DNA of 64,000 nt from an uncultured virus (IMG/VR IMGVR_UViG_3300025759_000061) (lineage: Duplodnaviria; Heunggongvirae; Uroviricota; Caudoviricetes), in IMG/VR virus record IMGVR_UViG_3300025759_000061, positions 1 to 64,000 of that record, one strand, 5' to 3'. The notes below the pieces were generated by a model, which saw only the letters and a program-made list of their open reading frames with translations, was not told the DNA's origin and made no database searches. The position numbers were made by a program, and so were the translations under genes. Of this stretch, positions 1-10,347 are shown piece by piece. Position 1 is the stretch's first letter; each line of letters opens with the position of its first letter.

Positions 1-34
1 TAACCTTCCGGCCACACTAATATAGGGTATTGAA

Positions 35-1702
35 ATGGGAATCAGAGAGTATATAACCGAAGAATTATTTGGTTTTGAAATCAAGAAAAAGACTGCTGAT
101 AGAGAAGAGAAGAACAGAAGCTTTGTACCACCGACTGAGGAAGATGGTGCAGTTGTTGTTCAATCTAATCTTACCGGCACGTCTATGGGCACCTTCATTG
201 ATTTGGAAGGTACAACCAAGAGTGAAATTGAGCAGATCACCCGATATCGTGAAGCCTCAACACAGCCTGAACTAGAACGAGCTATTGATCATATCATAAA
301 TGAAGCCATTGTAACAGAAGATAATGGCCATTCTGTGAAGGTCGTATGTGACGAACTGAAACAACCCGACAAAATCAAGAAGAAGATCATAGAGGAATTT
401 GAAGAAATTCTCCGGATGATGAACTTTGGCCAGATCGGACATGACATCTTTAGACGATGGTATGTTGATGGACGTTTCTACTATCACGTCATTATCGATG
501 AGAAGAACCCTAAGAACGGTATTCTTGAACTGAGATATGTCGATCCAAGACGTATCCGGAAAATCAGGGAAATCAACCGTGAGAAGGACCCCAAATCTGG
601 CATTGATATCATCAAGACAGTCCGGGAATATTTTCTATACAATGAAAGAGGATTGCTTGGTTCCCAGACAAACTTGGGTGCCAAGATTGCCGTTGATTCC
701 ATATCCGTTGTAACGTCAGGTCTTGTTGATCCACGTTCCGGTATGGTCATTTCATATATCCAGAAAGCACTCAAGTCCCTGAACGATTTGAGAAGGCTTG
801 AAGACTCCGTTGTTATCTATCGTCTGGTCCGTGCACCTGAAAGACGTATCCATTATGTGGATGTGTCGAACATGACAACAATCAAGGGTGAAGAATACAT
901 CAAGAAGCAGATGCAGCTATATCGTAACAAAGTTGTGTATGATTCTGATACCGGCACGATCCGTGATGACCGAAATATCATGGCCATGCAGGAAGACTAT
1001 TGGGTTCCCCGTAAGGACGGTAAGAATGCCGAAATTGACACCCTACAGGGTGGACAAAACCTTGGTGAGGTGGAAGATGTACGATACTTCAAAAAGAGGC
1101 TGTATGAAGCTCTTAACGTGCCTATCTCCCGTCTTGATCCGGAACAGCAGGGTTTCAACTTTGGTGTTGTGACTGAGATAACCCGTGATGAACTCCACTT
1201 CCATAAATTCATCTCCAGAATGAGAAACAAATTCTCAACCCTGTTTGATGAACTGTTGAGAGTCCAGTGTGTCACAAAGGGAATCTGTACCGAAGAAGAG
1301 TGGGAAGAATTCAAAAACTACATCTGGTATGACTGGATCAAAGACAACAACATTGAAGAAATCAAGGAAGCTGAGTTATTCAGAAACCGTCTTGGTCTCT
1401 TGGCCGATGCTGATCAATACGTGGGCCGATACTTCTCAAAGGAACACATCCAGAAGAAGATTCTCATGTTGGATGATGATGAAATCAAAGAGATGGATAA
1501 ACAGATCGAAAAAGAAGCCAAGGAAGGCAAACTGCCTGCTGATGATGGCTTTGGTAATCCGGTCGTGCCTTCAACGGGTGGTGGACAACCACCCCCACCA
1601 CCAATGGAACCTGAAGGGGAACTACCACCGGAAGGTGAAGAAGCACCACAGGATTCACCACCACCTAAAAAACAACCTGAAAAAGATGAAAAGCCTAAAT
1701 AA
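35..1702 (+). CDS. gp20: T4-like portal protein gp20
   Basis: Motifs FRRWYVDGR, YRLVRAPERR, MQEDYWVPR, EITRDE typical of T4 gp20; first gene of head cluster. Confidence 0.97.
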   Translation: MGIREYITEELFGFEIKKKTADREEKNRSFVPPTEEDGAVVVQSNLTGTSMGTFIDLEGTTKSEIEQITRYREASTQPELERAIDHIINEAIVTEDNGHSVKVVCDELKQPDKIKKKIIEEFEEILRMMNFGQIGHDIFRRWYVDGRFYYHVIIDEKNPKNGILELRYVDPRRIRKIREINREKDPKSGIDIIKTVREYFLYNERGLLGSQTNLGAKIAVDSISVVTSGLVDPRSGMVISYIQKALKSLNDLRRLEDSVVIYRLVRAPERRIHYVDVSNMTTIKGEEYIKKQMQLYRNKVVYDSDTGTIRDDRNIMAMQEDYWVPRKDGKNAEIDTLQGGQNLGEVEDVRYFKKRLYEALNVPISRLDPEQQGFNFGVVTEITRDELHFHKFISRMRNKFSTLFDELLRVQCVTKGICTEEEWEEFKNYIWYDWIKDNNIEEIKEAELFRNRLGLLADADQYVGRYFSKEHIQKKILMLDDDEIKEMDKQIEKEAKEGKLPADDGFGNPVVPSTGGGQPPPPPMEPEGELPPEGEEAPQDSPPPKKQPEKDEKPK

Positions 1703-1724
1703 TTCATCATAGGAGAACACAATC

Positions 1725-2525
1725 ATGTCTGTAAAAGAAGCACTTAACAATTTTCTGGAAAAGAACCTGTCTGAAGCCAAGGAAGGCTTTGAGCAGGAAC
1801 TGGGTACTATTGCACTTAGAAAGCTTGATGAAGTGAAATTTGTCGTTGCAAAGGACTGGCTTACCGAAGCTAAAGAGTCTGATGACGATGATGAAGATGA
1901 AGATGATGATGAAGATGAAGATGATGTAGAAGAAGGTTTTACTCAGCACGATTATGAGAAAATGGCAAAACGTGAAGGCAGTGATGTTGCCCATGTTAAA
2001 GGTACTGATTCAAACTCAAAGAGAAAAATCAGAAACATGAAGGCTCGTGATCGTAGAGCTAGTAAGAAAGTTAATGAAGATGAGCAGATCGATGAACATT
2101 CTGTATATAAAGATCATTCTCCAGATAGTGGAAAATCTTTAACTAATAAAGCAACTGTTAAATCTTTCAAAAATGCTGAAAAAAAAGGTGAATTTTTGGG
2201 AAAGCAGACATCTAACCATTGGAAAGATACTGGAAGAACAGATTTGAAGTCTGGTACTCATCGTATCAAGATGGAAAGAGGTAAAGATGGAAAGCCTGTA
2301 AGAAATTATGTAAAAGAAGATGAGCAGATCGATGAACTGGGTGACGAAACTTTGAAGTCTTATAGAGATAAAGCTGATAAAGATATCAAAAGAAGAATTA
2401 ATGATGGAATGAAACAGGGAAATACTCCAGATAAACAAACTAGAGAGTATAATGCTAAATTTAATAAAAAAATTAACAACAGAGTTACTGGAATTAGAAG
2501 AGCATCAAAAGATCATAAAAAATGA
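1725..2525 (+). CDS. Prohead core/internal head protein (gp67-like N-terminus plus repeated EDEQIDE-delimited modules)
   Basis: Position after gp20; acidic tract; repeated I-D-E motifs resembling gp21 cleavage sites; late promoter-like CTAAATA just upstream. Confidence 0.6.
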   Translation: MSVKEALNNFLEKNLSEAKEGFEQELGTIALRKLDEVKFVVAKDWLTEAKESDDDDEDEDDDEDEDDVEEGFTQHDYEKMAKREGSDVAHVKGTDSNSKRKIRNMKARDRRASKKVNEDEQIDEHSVYKDHSPDSGKSLTNKATVKSFKNAEKKGEFLGKQTSNHWKDTGRTDLKSGTHRIKMERGKDGKPVRNYVKEDEQIDELGDETLKSYRDKADKDIKRRINDGMKQGNTPDKQTREYNAKFNKKINNRVTGIRRASKDHKK

Positions 2526-3163
2526 AAAAACTCAAGGACATAAGAGAGCAGGCTCCTGCACAGGAAATCAAGCTACTGGGTGAAGCATCCGGTGCTGATC
2601 TGCCTATTATTCTTGTGGCCAAGAGAAAAGCCCTGAGAATGTTTCCTGATGGGCAGATAGTCGGGTTGTATTACATCAAGGCTATTGACCGGTTCATTAC
2701 CGTACCACACACAGTGTTTGGCATGACCTCAGAGGCCAAGTCAACAAAACAGGGTCGTAGTTCTGAAATCGATAATGTCATATCAAAGTATTTTGATGGT
2801 GAGCTTAACATAGGTCAGGCTCGAAAGAAACTCAAGATGCTTGGTGTTATCAACCCTGATCCAATTCTCAGGGAAGAAGACGAAACCATTGATGAGGGTG
2901 TTGCACAGTCAATCACCAAGCTTGCCGGATCAAAGGGTGGTAAGGCCATTGGCCGTGCAGCTACCGGGTATGCTTTGAGAAAAGTCAGGGACAGGCTAGA
3001 AAAAGATAAAACTGAACATGAAAATCAGAAACAAGCTGATCGACCCGGTGTGAAAACTCCAAAAGACAAAAAAATGGCCGGTAAATTCATACCAAAGGAT
3101 AAAGTCCAAAAAGCTGGACGTAAGCTTGGGTTGATTGCATTCAGACGTAAAGAGAAAGACTAA
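2522..3163 (+). CDS. Hypothetical head-associated/internal protein
   Basis: ORF overlapping previous stop; MKKLKDIRE N-terminus and EEDETIDEG motif like T4-type internal proteins. Confidence 0.5.
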   Translation: MKKLKDIREQAPAQEIKLLGEASGADLPIILVAKRKALRMFPDGQIVGLYYIKAIDRFITVPHTVFGMTSEAKSTKQGRSSEIDNVISKYFDGELNIGQARKKLKMLGVINPDPILREEDETIDEGVAQSITKLAGSKGGKAIGRAATGYALRKVRDRLEKDKTEHENQKQADRPGVKTPKDKKMAGKFIPKDKVQKAGRKLGLIAFRRKEKD

Positions 3164-3168
3164 GACCA

Positions 3169-3444
3169 ATGGCTGATAGATTTTCAAGAGATGAAGTTCT
3201 CATAGATTCACCAGCAGCATCTGGATTTGTCATCACGGCAAATGATACAGTTAATCTGGAACAAACAACCCGTGGTATATACGTTGGTGTTGCTGGAGAT
3301 ATTGGTATTCAGTTTTCTGGATATTTTGGACAGTCAAATGTAAATATTTTGTTTACAAATGTTCCTGTTGGTATTCTTCCAGTTCGTGCTGATCGTGTTC
3401 ATGCAGCTAATACAACAGCAACCGGTCTTATTGGTTTATACTAA
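3169..3444 (+). CDS. Small hypothetical virion protein
   Basis: 91 aa beta-rich ORF in head cluster, coupled to next gene. Confidence 0.55.
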   Translation: MADRFSRDEVLIDSPAASGFVITANDTVNLEQTTRGIYVGVAGDIGIQFSGYFGQSNVNILFTNVPVGILPVRADRVHAANTTATGLIGLY

Positions 3445-4280
3445 TGGCTGATCCTTTTTGGAATAATGTTGTAACCCTTTTAAATTTTGAGGGTGCAAAT
3501 AACAGCAACATCAGTGTTAATTCTGCAAATAATGCCAGTCCACCAGAACATTCTGGTGTAGGGTGTGTTATTACTGACGTAAGAAGCAAATTTGGTAGCA
3601 CATCTGTATACATTCCCAATAATGCATATGTTTCAACAGGTCCAAAAAATACAGGTGCCGGTGAAGATTATGAGTTTGGTTCCAGTGATTGGACTGTTGA
3701 AGGTTGGTTCAACATACCAGCAGAAGCCGGTATTCAACATATGGTATTTGCATATGGTAATGATTCACCAACTCCGGATGATATTCCATGGTCTTTAGCA
3801 TATAACACCATTGAGAATACATTTATAGGTTCAGTGAAAATAGGGGACACTACATCTGCTGCAAATACAATGGTATTTGATCTTGATACAGATGGAGCAG
3901 CAACAGGTCCTGCTGGACATTTCAACGACACATTCAGTCACATCCACCTGACTAGAAATGGTGGTAATATCATAATTGGTATAGACGGATTCAATGTGGT
4001 TTCCACGGGTCTTATACCGGCTGATGCTGCACTATACAGATTCATTGATGATGGTGGTGTTACCCCACCGTCAATTGGTGGCTCCCGTTCCGGTCTTGGT
4101 AATATTGCTGATGACCTACCAATGTATGTTGATGAGTTTAGAATTACTAAGGGTGTGGCCAGATACACTGGTGCAACCTATGATGTTCCAACTGCTGCAT
4201 TTTCCACAAGTGGTGGTGGTGGTGGTGCAAGTATATCAGGAAATTATGGAAATAACCTAAGTATAAGAATCGGTTTGTAG
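3444..4280 (+). CDS. LamG/concanavalin A-like lectin domain virion protein
   Basis: DPFWNNVVTLLNFEG, DWTVEGWF, YVDEFRITKGVARY motifs. Confidence 0.8.
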   Translation: MADPFWNNVVTLLNFEGANNSNISVNSANNASPPEHSGVGCVITDVRSKFGSTSVYIPNNAYVSTGPKNTGAGEDYEFGSSDWTVEGWFNIPAEAGIQHMVFAYGNDSPTPDDIPWSLAYNTIENTFIGSVKIGDTTSAANTMVFDLDTDGAATGPAGHFNDTFSHIHLTRNGGNIIIGIDGFNVVSTGLIPADAALYRFIDDGGVTPPSIGGSRSGLGNIADDLPMYVDEFRITKGVARYTGATYDVPTAAFSTSGGGGGASISGNYGNNLSIRIGL

Positions 4281-4306
4281 AAGAACTTGAAAGCATAAAT
4301 AAGAAC

Positions 4307-4687
4307 ATGAACATTGTCAAACACATAACGTCTAACAATCTGGTAGAGGCTAAACAGGAAATCGATGATCTTCTGTTTGAGATGGCTCAACAGAAACTTG
4401 TTGAAGTTCGTAAAATGATATCTGTGTCTGACTGGGTTATTGAAGAAGGCCGGTTCAAGATTGTTCGTGCCAAGGTCCGGAATGGTAAAATTCTGAGACG
4501 GCACAAAGAAGCTGCCATGGATGGCTTCACCATGAGAGGTGGCAAGGTCACCAAGATGTCTCCGACCGAAAGACGGAAGAGACGGCTCTCCCAGAGAAAG
4601 GGTGCTCGTAAGAGAAAAGCCAAGAGAGTGCAAACCAGAGTAAACACAAAGAAGGCCCTTCGTAAAAGAAGAAGCATGGGGATTTAG
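4307..4687 (+). CDS. gp68: Prohead core protein gp68-like
   Basis: Basic C-terminus (ERRKRRLSQRKGARKRKAK...LRKRRSMGI) immediately before gp21. Confidence 0.75.
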   Translation: MNIVKHITSNNLVEAKQEIDDLLFEMAQQKLVEVRKMISVSDWVIEEGRFKIVRAKVRNGKILRRHKEAAMDGFTMRGGKVTKMSPTERRKRRLSQRKGARKRKAKRVQTRVNTKKALRKRRSMGI

Positions 4688-5350
4688 ATGGCTAAGTTAA
4701 TCAAAGAAGAAATCGACGTGTCCAACATGGACTTCATCGTCGAATCCGTGGGTGGTAAGAAAAACTACTTCATCCGTGGTATCTTTATGCAGTCTGAGCA
4801 GAAGAACCGTAATGGTCGTATCTATCCAAAGTCACTACTCCAGAGAGAAGTGGCCCGATACAACAACAACTATGTGACCGAAAACCGTGCATTCGGTGAA
4901 CTGGGTCATCCAGACTCCCCGACAATCAACCTTCCACTCGTGTCACATGTGATGACCAAGCTTACTGAAGATGGAAACAACTTCATTGGTGAGGCTAAAA
5001 TCCTTGATACACCAAACGGCAAGATTGTCAAGACCCTTATTGATGAGGGTTGTAAAATGGGTGTTTCTTCACGTGGTGTTGGCACACTTAAGGAATCCAA
5101 CGGGTGTAAGCTCGTTCAGGATGATTTCTACCTATCCACAGCAGCCGATATCGTAGCAGACCCATCTGCCCCAGAAGCCTTTGTGCAAGGCATTATGGAA
5201 GGAAAAGATTGGGTTATGTCTCCGAAAGGGTGGACAGAATTCGACTACGACTCTGCCAAGAAAAACCTCAGAGAGGCAAAAATGGCAGATTTCGAAGATC
5301 GGGCAGTAAAAATCTTTGAGAATTTCCTGTCTAAAATACAAAATTCCTAA
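4688..5350 (+). CDS. gp21: Prohead protease gp21
   Basis: NRNGRIYP, GELGHP, GVSSRGVG, DIVADPSAPEA. Confidence 0.96.
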   Translation: MAKLIKEEIDVSNMDFIVESVGGKKNYFIRGIFMQSEQKNRNGRIYPKSLLQREVARYNNNYVTENRAFGELGHPDSPTINLPLVSHVMTKLTEDGNNFIGEAKILDTPNGKIVKTLIDEGCKMGVSSRGVGTLKESNGCKLVQDDFYLSTAADIVADPSAPEAFVQGIMEGKDWVMSPKGWTEFDYDSAKKNLREAKMADFEDRAVKIFENFLSKIQNS

Positions 5351-5379
5351 ATAAAAAGAGAACAATAGGAGATAAACCA

Positions 5380-6513
5380 ATGCCGACTCTTAAAGAAGCA
5401 GCAGCAGACGTTCTTCACGGCAATGTGAAGAAGAAAAAAGGACAGGCCGACAAGGCTGAAAGACTACCGGGTGAGGTTCAAGACCTTGGTAAAGCAGTAG
5501 TGGAACCTGATGAGTCAGAAGGTCCAGATGCTTCCGTTGGTGTTAAAAAAGACTCTTCAAAGTCTTCCACAACCAAAGTAAAGGGTGAAGGCCGTAAGAA
5601 GTCCCAGAGCCTGAAGGGTGATATGCAGGAAGAAGAAGAGCTAGATGAAGACATCCTTGATGAGGATGGAAATCCAATCGATGATGATCCAGAGCTTAAC
5701 GAAGCATATGACGAAGACGATGATGAAGACCTAGAAGAAAACTGGGAAATCGACGTTCCATCTATCGATGATATTGAGCTTGATCTCTCTGAAGACATTG
5801 CAGCCATGTTTGGTGAAGGTGACTTCTCAGATGATTTCATGGAAAGAGTTTCAACAGTATTTGAAGCAGCAGTTCGTGCAAACGTCAAGAGATACGAAAA
5901 TGATCTTAAGGAAGCTTTTGAAGAAGCCCTTGATGACACTGTTGTGAGCATTCAGGAATCACTTGAATCAGATGTTTCAGACTATCTGGAATATGTTGCT
6001 GAGAGTTGGGTTGCAGAAAATGAAGTTGCAATCGAATCTGGTGTACGTAACGAGATTTCGGAAGACTTCATTAACGGTCTGAAGAACCTGTTCACTGAAC
6101 ACTATATCGACATCCCAGATGACAAGGTTGATGTTGTTGAAGAATTGTCTGAAAAGATTGCCGAACTCAAGGAAGAACTTGATGAGCAGATTGAAGTCAA
6201 TGTTGAAATGAACTCTGTGATCAAGGAACATGTAAAAGCTGAAGCATTCTATACGGTTGCAGAAGGTCTTACAGAAACTCAGACAGAAAAACTTCGTACA
6301 CTTGCCGAAGAGATTGATTTCAAAGACTACGAAAGCTTTACAAAGAAGCTTGAGAACGTCAAGGAAAGCTATTTCAGCAAGAAGACTGGTGGATCATCTG
6401 CACGTCAGCTTGATGAAGAAGTAATTCAAAATCCAGAGCTTGGTAAGGTTGAAGATATGTCAGGACGTATGGCAGCATACTCCAGCATGTTGAAAAAGAC
6501 CCGTGCTGAGTAA
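5380..6513 (+). CDS. gp22: Prohead core scaffolding protein gp22
   Basis: Acidic coiled coil, VFEAAV, YLEYVAESW, LFTEHYIDIPD; between gp21 and gp23. Confidence 0.93.
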   Translation: MPTLKEAAADVLHGNVKKKKGQADKAERLPGEVQDLGKAVVEPDESEGPDASVGVKKDSSKSSTTKVKGEGRKKSQSLKGDMQEEEELDEDILDEDGNPIDDDPELNEAYDEDDDEDLEENWEIDVPSIDDIELDLSEDIAAMFGEGDFSDDFMERVSTVFEAAVRANVKRYENDLKEAFEEALDDTVVSIQESLESDVSDYLEYVAESWVAENEVAIESGVRNEISEDFINGLKNLFTEHYIDIPDDKVDVVEELSEKIAELKEELDEQIEVNVEMNSVIKEHVKAEAFYTVAEGLTETQTEKLRTLAEEIDFKDYESFTKKLENVKESYFSKKTGGSSARQLDEEVIQNPELGKVEDMSGRMAAYSSMLKKTRAE

Positions 6514-6591
6514 AGATTCTGAAATCTCTAAATAATTATAACAATAACAGATACAACCGTCGATAAGAACAAAAACAAGGGAGACAAACCA

Positions 6592-7908
6592 ATGTATCTT
6601 ACTGAAGAGCTACAAAACAAATGGGCACCGATTCTAGAGCATGAGTCTGTTAACCCTATTAAAGACCCCTACAGACGGGCTGTTACTGCAATGATTCTTG
6701 AGAATCAGGAAACAGCCATGCTGAAGGAATCTGCACCAACAAACAACTACGGTGATGGTAATATCAATTCATATGACCCTATCCTGATTTCACTTGTTCG
6801 TCGTGCAATGCCTAATCTTATTGCATATGACGTTGCCGGTGTGCAGCCAATGACTGGACCAGTTGGTCTGATCTTTGCAATGAGAAGCAAGTATGTATCA
6901 CAGACTGGTACAGAAGCCCTGTTCAACGAAGCAAACTCACTGTTTGCTGCACAGAACTCTGGTGGTGGACTTACCGGTGTGGGCCTTAACCCTGCTGATG
7001 TTGCTAATACCAACCCAGTATCGGGTGATGCAATCACAACCAACACTGCATTTGGTGTAGGTACAGGGATGTCAACAGCACAGGCTGAAGCTCTTGGTGA
7101 TAGTGCTGGTAACCATTTTGCTGAAATGGCATTTGCAATCGATAAAGTATCGGTTACTGCAAAGAGCCGTGCACTCAAAGCTGAGTACACAATGGAACTT
7201 GCACAGGACCTTAAGGCTATTCATGGTCTTGATGCTGAAACTGAGCTTGCAAACATTCTGTCAACAGAAATCCTTGCAGAAATCAACCGTGAAGTTATCC
7301 GTACAATCTATCACACAGCTACCCGTGGTGCTCAGACGAACACTACAACTGCTGGTACGTTTGACCTCGACACCGACTCAAACGGTCGTTGGTCAGTTGA
7401 AAAATTCAAGGGATTGATTTTCCAGATTGAACGTGAAGCCAATGCTATTGCTCGTGCAACAAGACGTGGTAAGGGTAACGTAATGATCGTTTCCTCTGAC
7501 ATTGCTTCTGCTCTTTCAATGGCTGGTGTTCTGGACTATACCCCAGCACTTAATGCCAACCTGTCAGTTGATGACACAGGCAACACCTTTGCAGGTACAA
7601 TGCACGGTCGTATGAAGGTCTATATTGATCCTTACTTCGGTGGAACAGCAAACGGTGATGAGCTTGTTTGTGTAGGCTACAAGGGTACATCCCCTTACGA
7701 TGCTGGACTGTTCTATTGCCCATACGTTCCTCTCCAGATGGTTCGTGCCGTTGGTGAGAACACCATGCAGCCTAAGATCGGCTTCAAGACACGTTACGGT
7801 ATGGTAGCCAACCCATATGCAACCTCTGCTGGAACTGGTGTGATCGAAGACTTCGTGAACCATGCAAACATCTACTACAGACTTTTCCGGGTGAGGAACT
7901 TGATGTAG
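6592..7908 (+). CDS. gp23: Major capsid protein gp23
   Basis: LIAYDVAGVQPMTGP, LAQDLKAIHGLDAETEL, FYCPYVPL, IGFKTRYG. Confidence 0.98.
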   Translation: MYLTEELQNKWAPILEHESVNPIKDPYRRAVTAMILENQETAMLKESAPTNNYGDGNINSYDPILISLVRRAMPNLIAYDVAGVQPMTGPVGLIFAMRSKYVSQTGTEALFNEANSLFAAQNSGGGLTGVGLNPADVANTNPVSGDAITTNTAFGVGTGMSTAQAEALGDSAGNHFAEMAFAIDKVSVTAKSRALKAEYTMELAQDLKAIHGLDAETELANILSTEILAEINREVIRTIYHTATRGAQTNTTTAGTFDLDTDSNGRWSVEKFKGLIFQIEREANAIARATRRGKGNVMIVSSDIASALSMAGVLDYTPALNANLSVDDTGNTFAGTMHGRMKVYIDPYFGGTANGDELVCVGYKGTSPYDAGLFYCPYVPLQMVRAVGENTMQPKIGFKTRYGMVANPYATSAGTGVIEDFVNHANIYYRLFRVRNLM

Positions 7909-7962
7909 TAAGTTATTGATTTCATTCAATAAAAACAAGAAGTGGGTTAACCACTCAAGATT

Positions 7963-7987
7963 AGAAGGGCTTCGGCCCTTCTTTTTT
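7963..7987 (+). terminator. Rho-independent terminator with cUUCGg tetraloop
   Basis: AGAAGGGC-TTCG-GCCCTTCT followed by T-run after gp23. Confidence 0.9.
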
Positions 7988-8043
7988 ACCCATGACTACA
8001 CTATATTATATACTATATGTAACTTAATGTGGAGAAGGTATCC

Positions 8044-8685
8044 ATGAAAAAGATCAGAACCGGTATCATATACTGCTACCATAACCCAAAGACTGGAAAG
8101 AGATACGTTGGACAAACCATACATCCAAATCAACGTAAGTCTGGACACAAGAGCAAAGCATTGATAGAGGGGTCAGACTACTATTTCCACCGGTCACTGA
8201 GAAAATATGGGATGGAGAATTTTGAGTATATCGTCTTAGAGGATGATGTGCCACATGATCAACTGAATGACCGTGAAAATCATTGGATGGTACACTACAA
8301 TACAATATGGCCCAATGGGTACAATCAGTGTTTTGCCAACTCACTTGATGAAACAGCAATCAACAAAATGTCTGCTACGAAAAAAGCACAATGGAAAGCA
8401 CTACCTGAAGAAGTAAAACTAGAGAGACTTGAAAGACTTCAAAAATCTAGGTTGGGATGTACACAAACAGACTTTCAGAAAAAAGCAGTCCGTAATGCCA
8501 ACCAGATGAAATGGGTTATCACACACCCTGATGGTAAAAAGGAAAATATCACCAACCTTAGAAAATGGTGTATTGATAATGGACTTGGAACGAATGGACA
8601 GTCCAACCTGACCAGAGGAAAATACAAAGGATACTGTGCCTATAAATACACAGAAGAACAGGGAGACGAAAATGTCAATGTATAA
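8044..8685 (+). CDS. GIY-YIG homing endonuclease (Seg-like)
   Basis: GIIY...YVGQT, R..H, LRKYG.ENF, E..W..YNT..PNGYN; free-standing after gp23. Confidence 0.88.
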   Translation: MKKIRTGIIYCYHNPKTGKRYVGQTIHPNQRKSGHKSKALIEGSDYYFHRSLRKYGMENFEYIVLEDDVPHDQLNDRENHWMVHYNTIWPNGYNQCFANSLDETAINKMSATKKAQWKALPEEVKLERLERLQKSRLGCTQTDFQKKAVRNANQMKWVITHPDGKKENITNLRKWCIDNGLGTNGQSNLTRGKYKGYCAYKYTEEQGDENVNV

Positions 8686-8854
8686 TGCCATGAAACACCA
8701 GCCGAAAGAATACCTTGATCTGGATTTCGGTGACGAAAAACCACAGATTGTTGAGACCAAAGAGACCGGTATGCTGAATGAAGCACATCAGGACCTGACA
8801 GTTAAGAAGACTGATGTTTCACAGTATGCCAGATACATGAGTGGTAAACGATAA
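8672..8854 (+). CDS. Small hypothetical late protein
   Basis: TATAAATA late promoter at 8641 and GGAG RBS precede the ATG. Confidence 0.55.
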   Translation: MSMYNAMKHQPKEYLDLDFGDEKPQIVETKETGMLNEAHQDLTVKKTDVSQYARYMSGKR

Positions 8855-9369
8855 TGTCCCAGAAGATTGGTCTGGCAGACAATCCATCTAACCTGTCACT
8901 GCTACAGGACAACAAGTATAAGTTTGTCATTCCAAACCTTCCCTTTGCAATCTATTTTTGCCAGAGTGTCAACCTGCCGGGTGTGACAACCAGTTCTGCT
9001 GAGATGGCAACACCATTCCATATACAGAAAAGGCATGGTGACCGGCTGATGTATGAACCATTGGTAATCACTGCACAGGTGGATGAAGACCTGAGAGTGT
9101 GGGAAGAAACATACAACTGGTTAATGTCTATCACAACACCTCTTGGTTTTGATCAATACAAGACAAATATCAGAACCGGTGAAATCTACAATGATGGTAT
9201 TCTGGAATTTCACAGGAACTCAAATCTCACCAACCTGAGAATAAAATTCAACGAATGTTGTATAACCGGTATGGGTCCACTTCAAATGTCTACACAAAAA
9301 GACAGACCCGATATCTTAGTTGTTGATATTACTTTAGATTATGACACATTTGAGGTTGAAAGACTATAG
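8854..9369 (+). CDS. gp3: Tail tube terminator/tail completion protein gp3-like
   Basis: FCQSVNLPG, GDRLMYEPL, VDEDLRVWEE.YNWL; usual position before uvsY. Confidence 0.85.
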   Translation: MSQKIGLADNPSNLSLLQDNKYKFVIPNLPFAIYFCQSVNLPGVTTSSAEMATPFHIQKRHGDRLMYEPLVITAQVDEDLRVWEETYNWLMSITTPLGFDQYKTNIRTGEIYNDGILEFHRNSNLTNLRIKFNECCITGMGPLQMSTQKDRPDILVVDITLDYDTFEVERL

Positions 9370-9415
9370 CACAATAGCCACATAATATCAGTGTGTTTTA
9401 ACATTGGTAAATATC

Positions 9416-9862
9416 ATGAGAATCAACAAGATAGATGATTTAGTGGATATGTGGATGGAAGACTCCAAGATACCAGAAATGGACTTGGATAAAAGTAGTC
9501 TTGATGCAGCTAAACTCCACGGAAAATATATGTCGATTCTTGTTCATCACAAATTGCTTGTGAAGAAGATAGGGTCTGAATATAAGAAGGTCAAGCTGGT
9601 GAAGTGGAAATATTACCGGGGTGAACTCAACAACCCGGCTGATCTTCAAAAGTACAATCTCCCCCCAATGCAAAACACAATCATGAAGCAAGACATAGAC
9701 ATATGGCTTGATGCAGACGATGAGCTATGTGGAATTCTCCTGAAAAAAGAATACCATGAGGAAATCGTGGATGCATGTAAGGAGATAATCAAACAACTGG
9801 GTAACCGGCAATGGCAGATCAGAAATGCTATTGAGCATAGAAAGTTCATAAGTGGTGGCTAA
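9416..9862 (+). CDS. uvsY: Recombination mediator UvsY
   Basis: LHGKY, WKYYRG, DADDEL, RQWQIRNAIEHRKFISG. Confidence 0.9.
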   Translation: MRINKIDDLVDMWMEDSKIPEMDLDKSSLDAAKLHGKYMSILVHHKLLVKKIGSEYKKVKLVKWKYYRGELNNPADLQKYNLPPMQNTIMKQDIDIWLDADDELCGILLKKEYHEEIVDACKEIIKQLGNRQWQIRNAIEHRKFISGG

Positions 9863-10085
9863 AATTATGTCAGACAGAATAACACAAAAGGCCGTGGTGC
9901 ATCTTTGGATGATAGACGGTGCACATGGGATTTGGACCACACAGTTCGAAACCCATGAATCACATAACAGACAAGAACGGATAAATGACCTGTTGGTTAA
10001 TATAGGCAATTGGATAGAGGTGGACACGGGCTTGTATTTCCAGACTTCAAACATCTCCAGATTGATCATTGAATTCAATGACTGA
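9852..10085 (+). CDS. Hypothetical protein
   Basis: ORF tiling between uvsY and uvsW. Confidence 0.45.
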   Translation: MVAKIMSDRITQKAVVHLWMIDGAHGIWTTQFETHESHNRQERINDLLVNIGNWIEVDTGLYFQTSNISRLIIEFND

Positions 10086-10347
10086 TAAGATGCAATCAAG
10101 GTTACGTAGATGGGCTAGGGCCGATGTATGGGGTGGCAATGGGGATGCAGGACCTTTCCTTGAAGAGGTGGCCACAACCCTTGATAGCTTGGTTGAGGCA
10201 CTACGAGAGTGTGAGTGTGAACTGAACGGGTATTATCATGTGGAATATGGTGGTGATCACCCACACAGCAGAAAAAAGCTGAAACAGGCAATAGCCTTAA
10301 ATCCTGCAACCCTTGCATTAGCCAAGTTGGAGTCTGGTGATGAGTGA
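10078..10347 (+). CDS. Hypothetical protein
   Basis: ORF overlapping neighbours, tiling before uvsW. Confidence 0.5.
   Translation: MTDKMQSRLRRWARADVWGGNGDAGPFLEEVATTLDSLVEALRECECELNGYYHVEYGGDHPHSRKKLKQAIALNPATLALAKLESGDE

Noticed and set aside
5478..5951. Ser-rich minus-strand ORFs here and at 25570-26175
   Set aside because: Shadows of acidic GAA/GAT-rich plus-strand coding sequence
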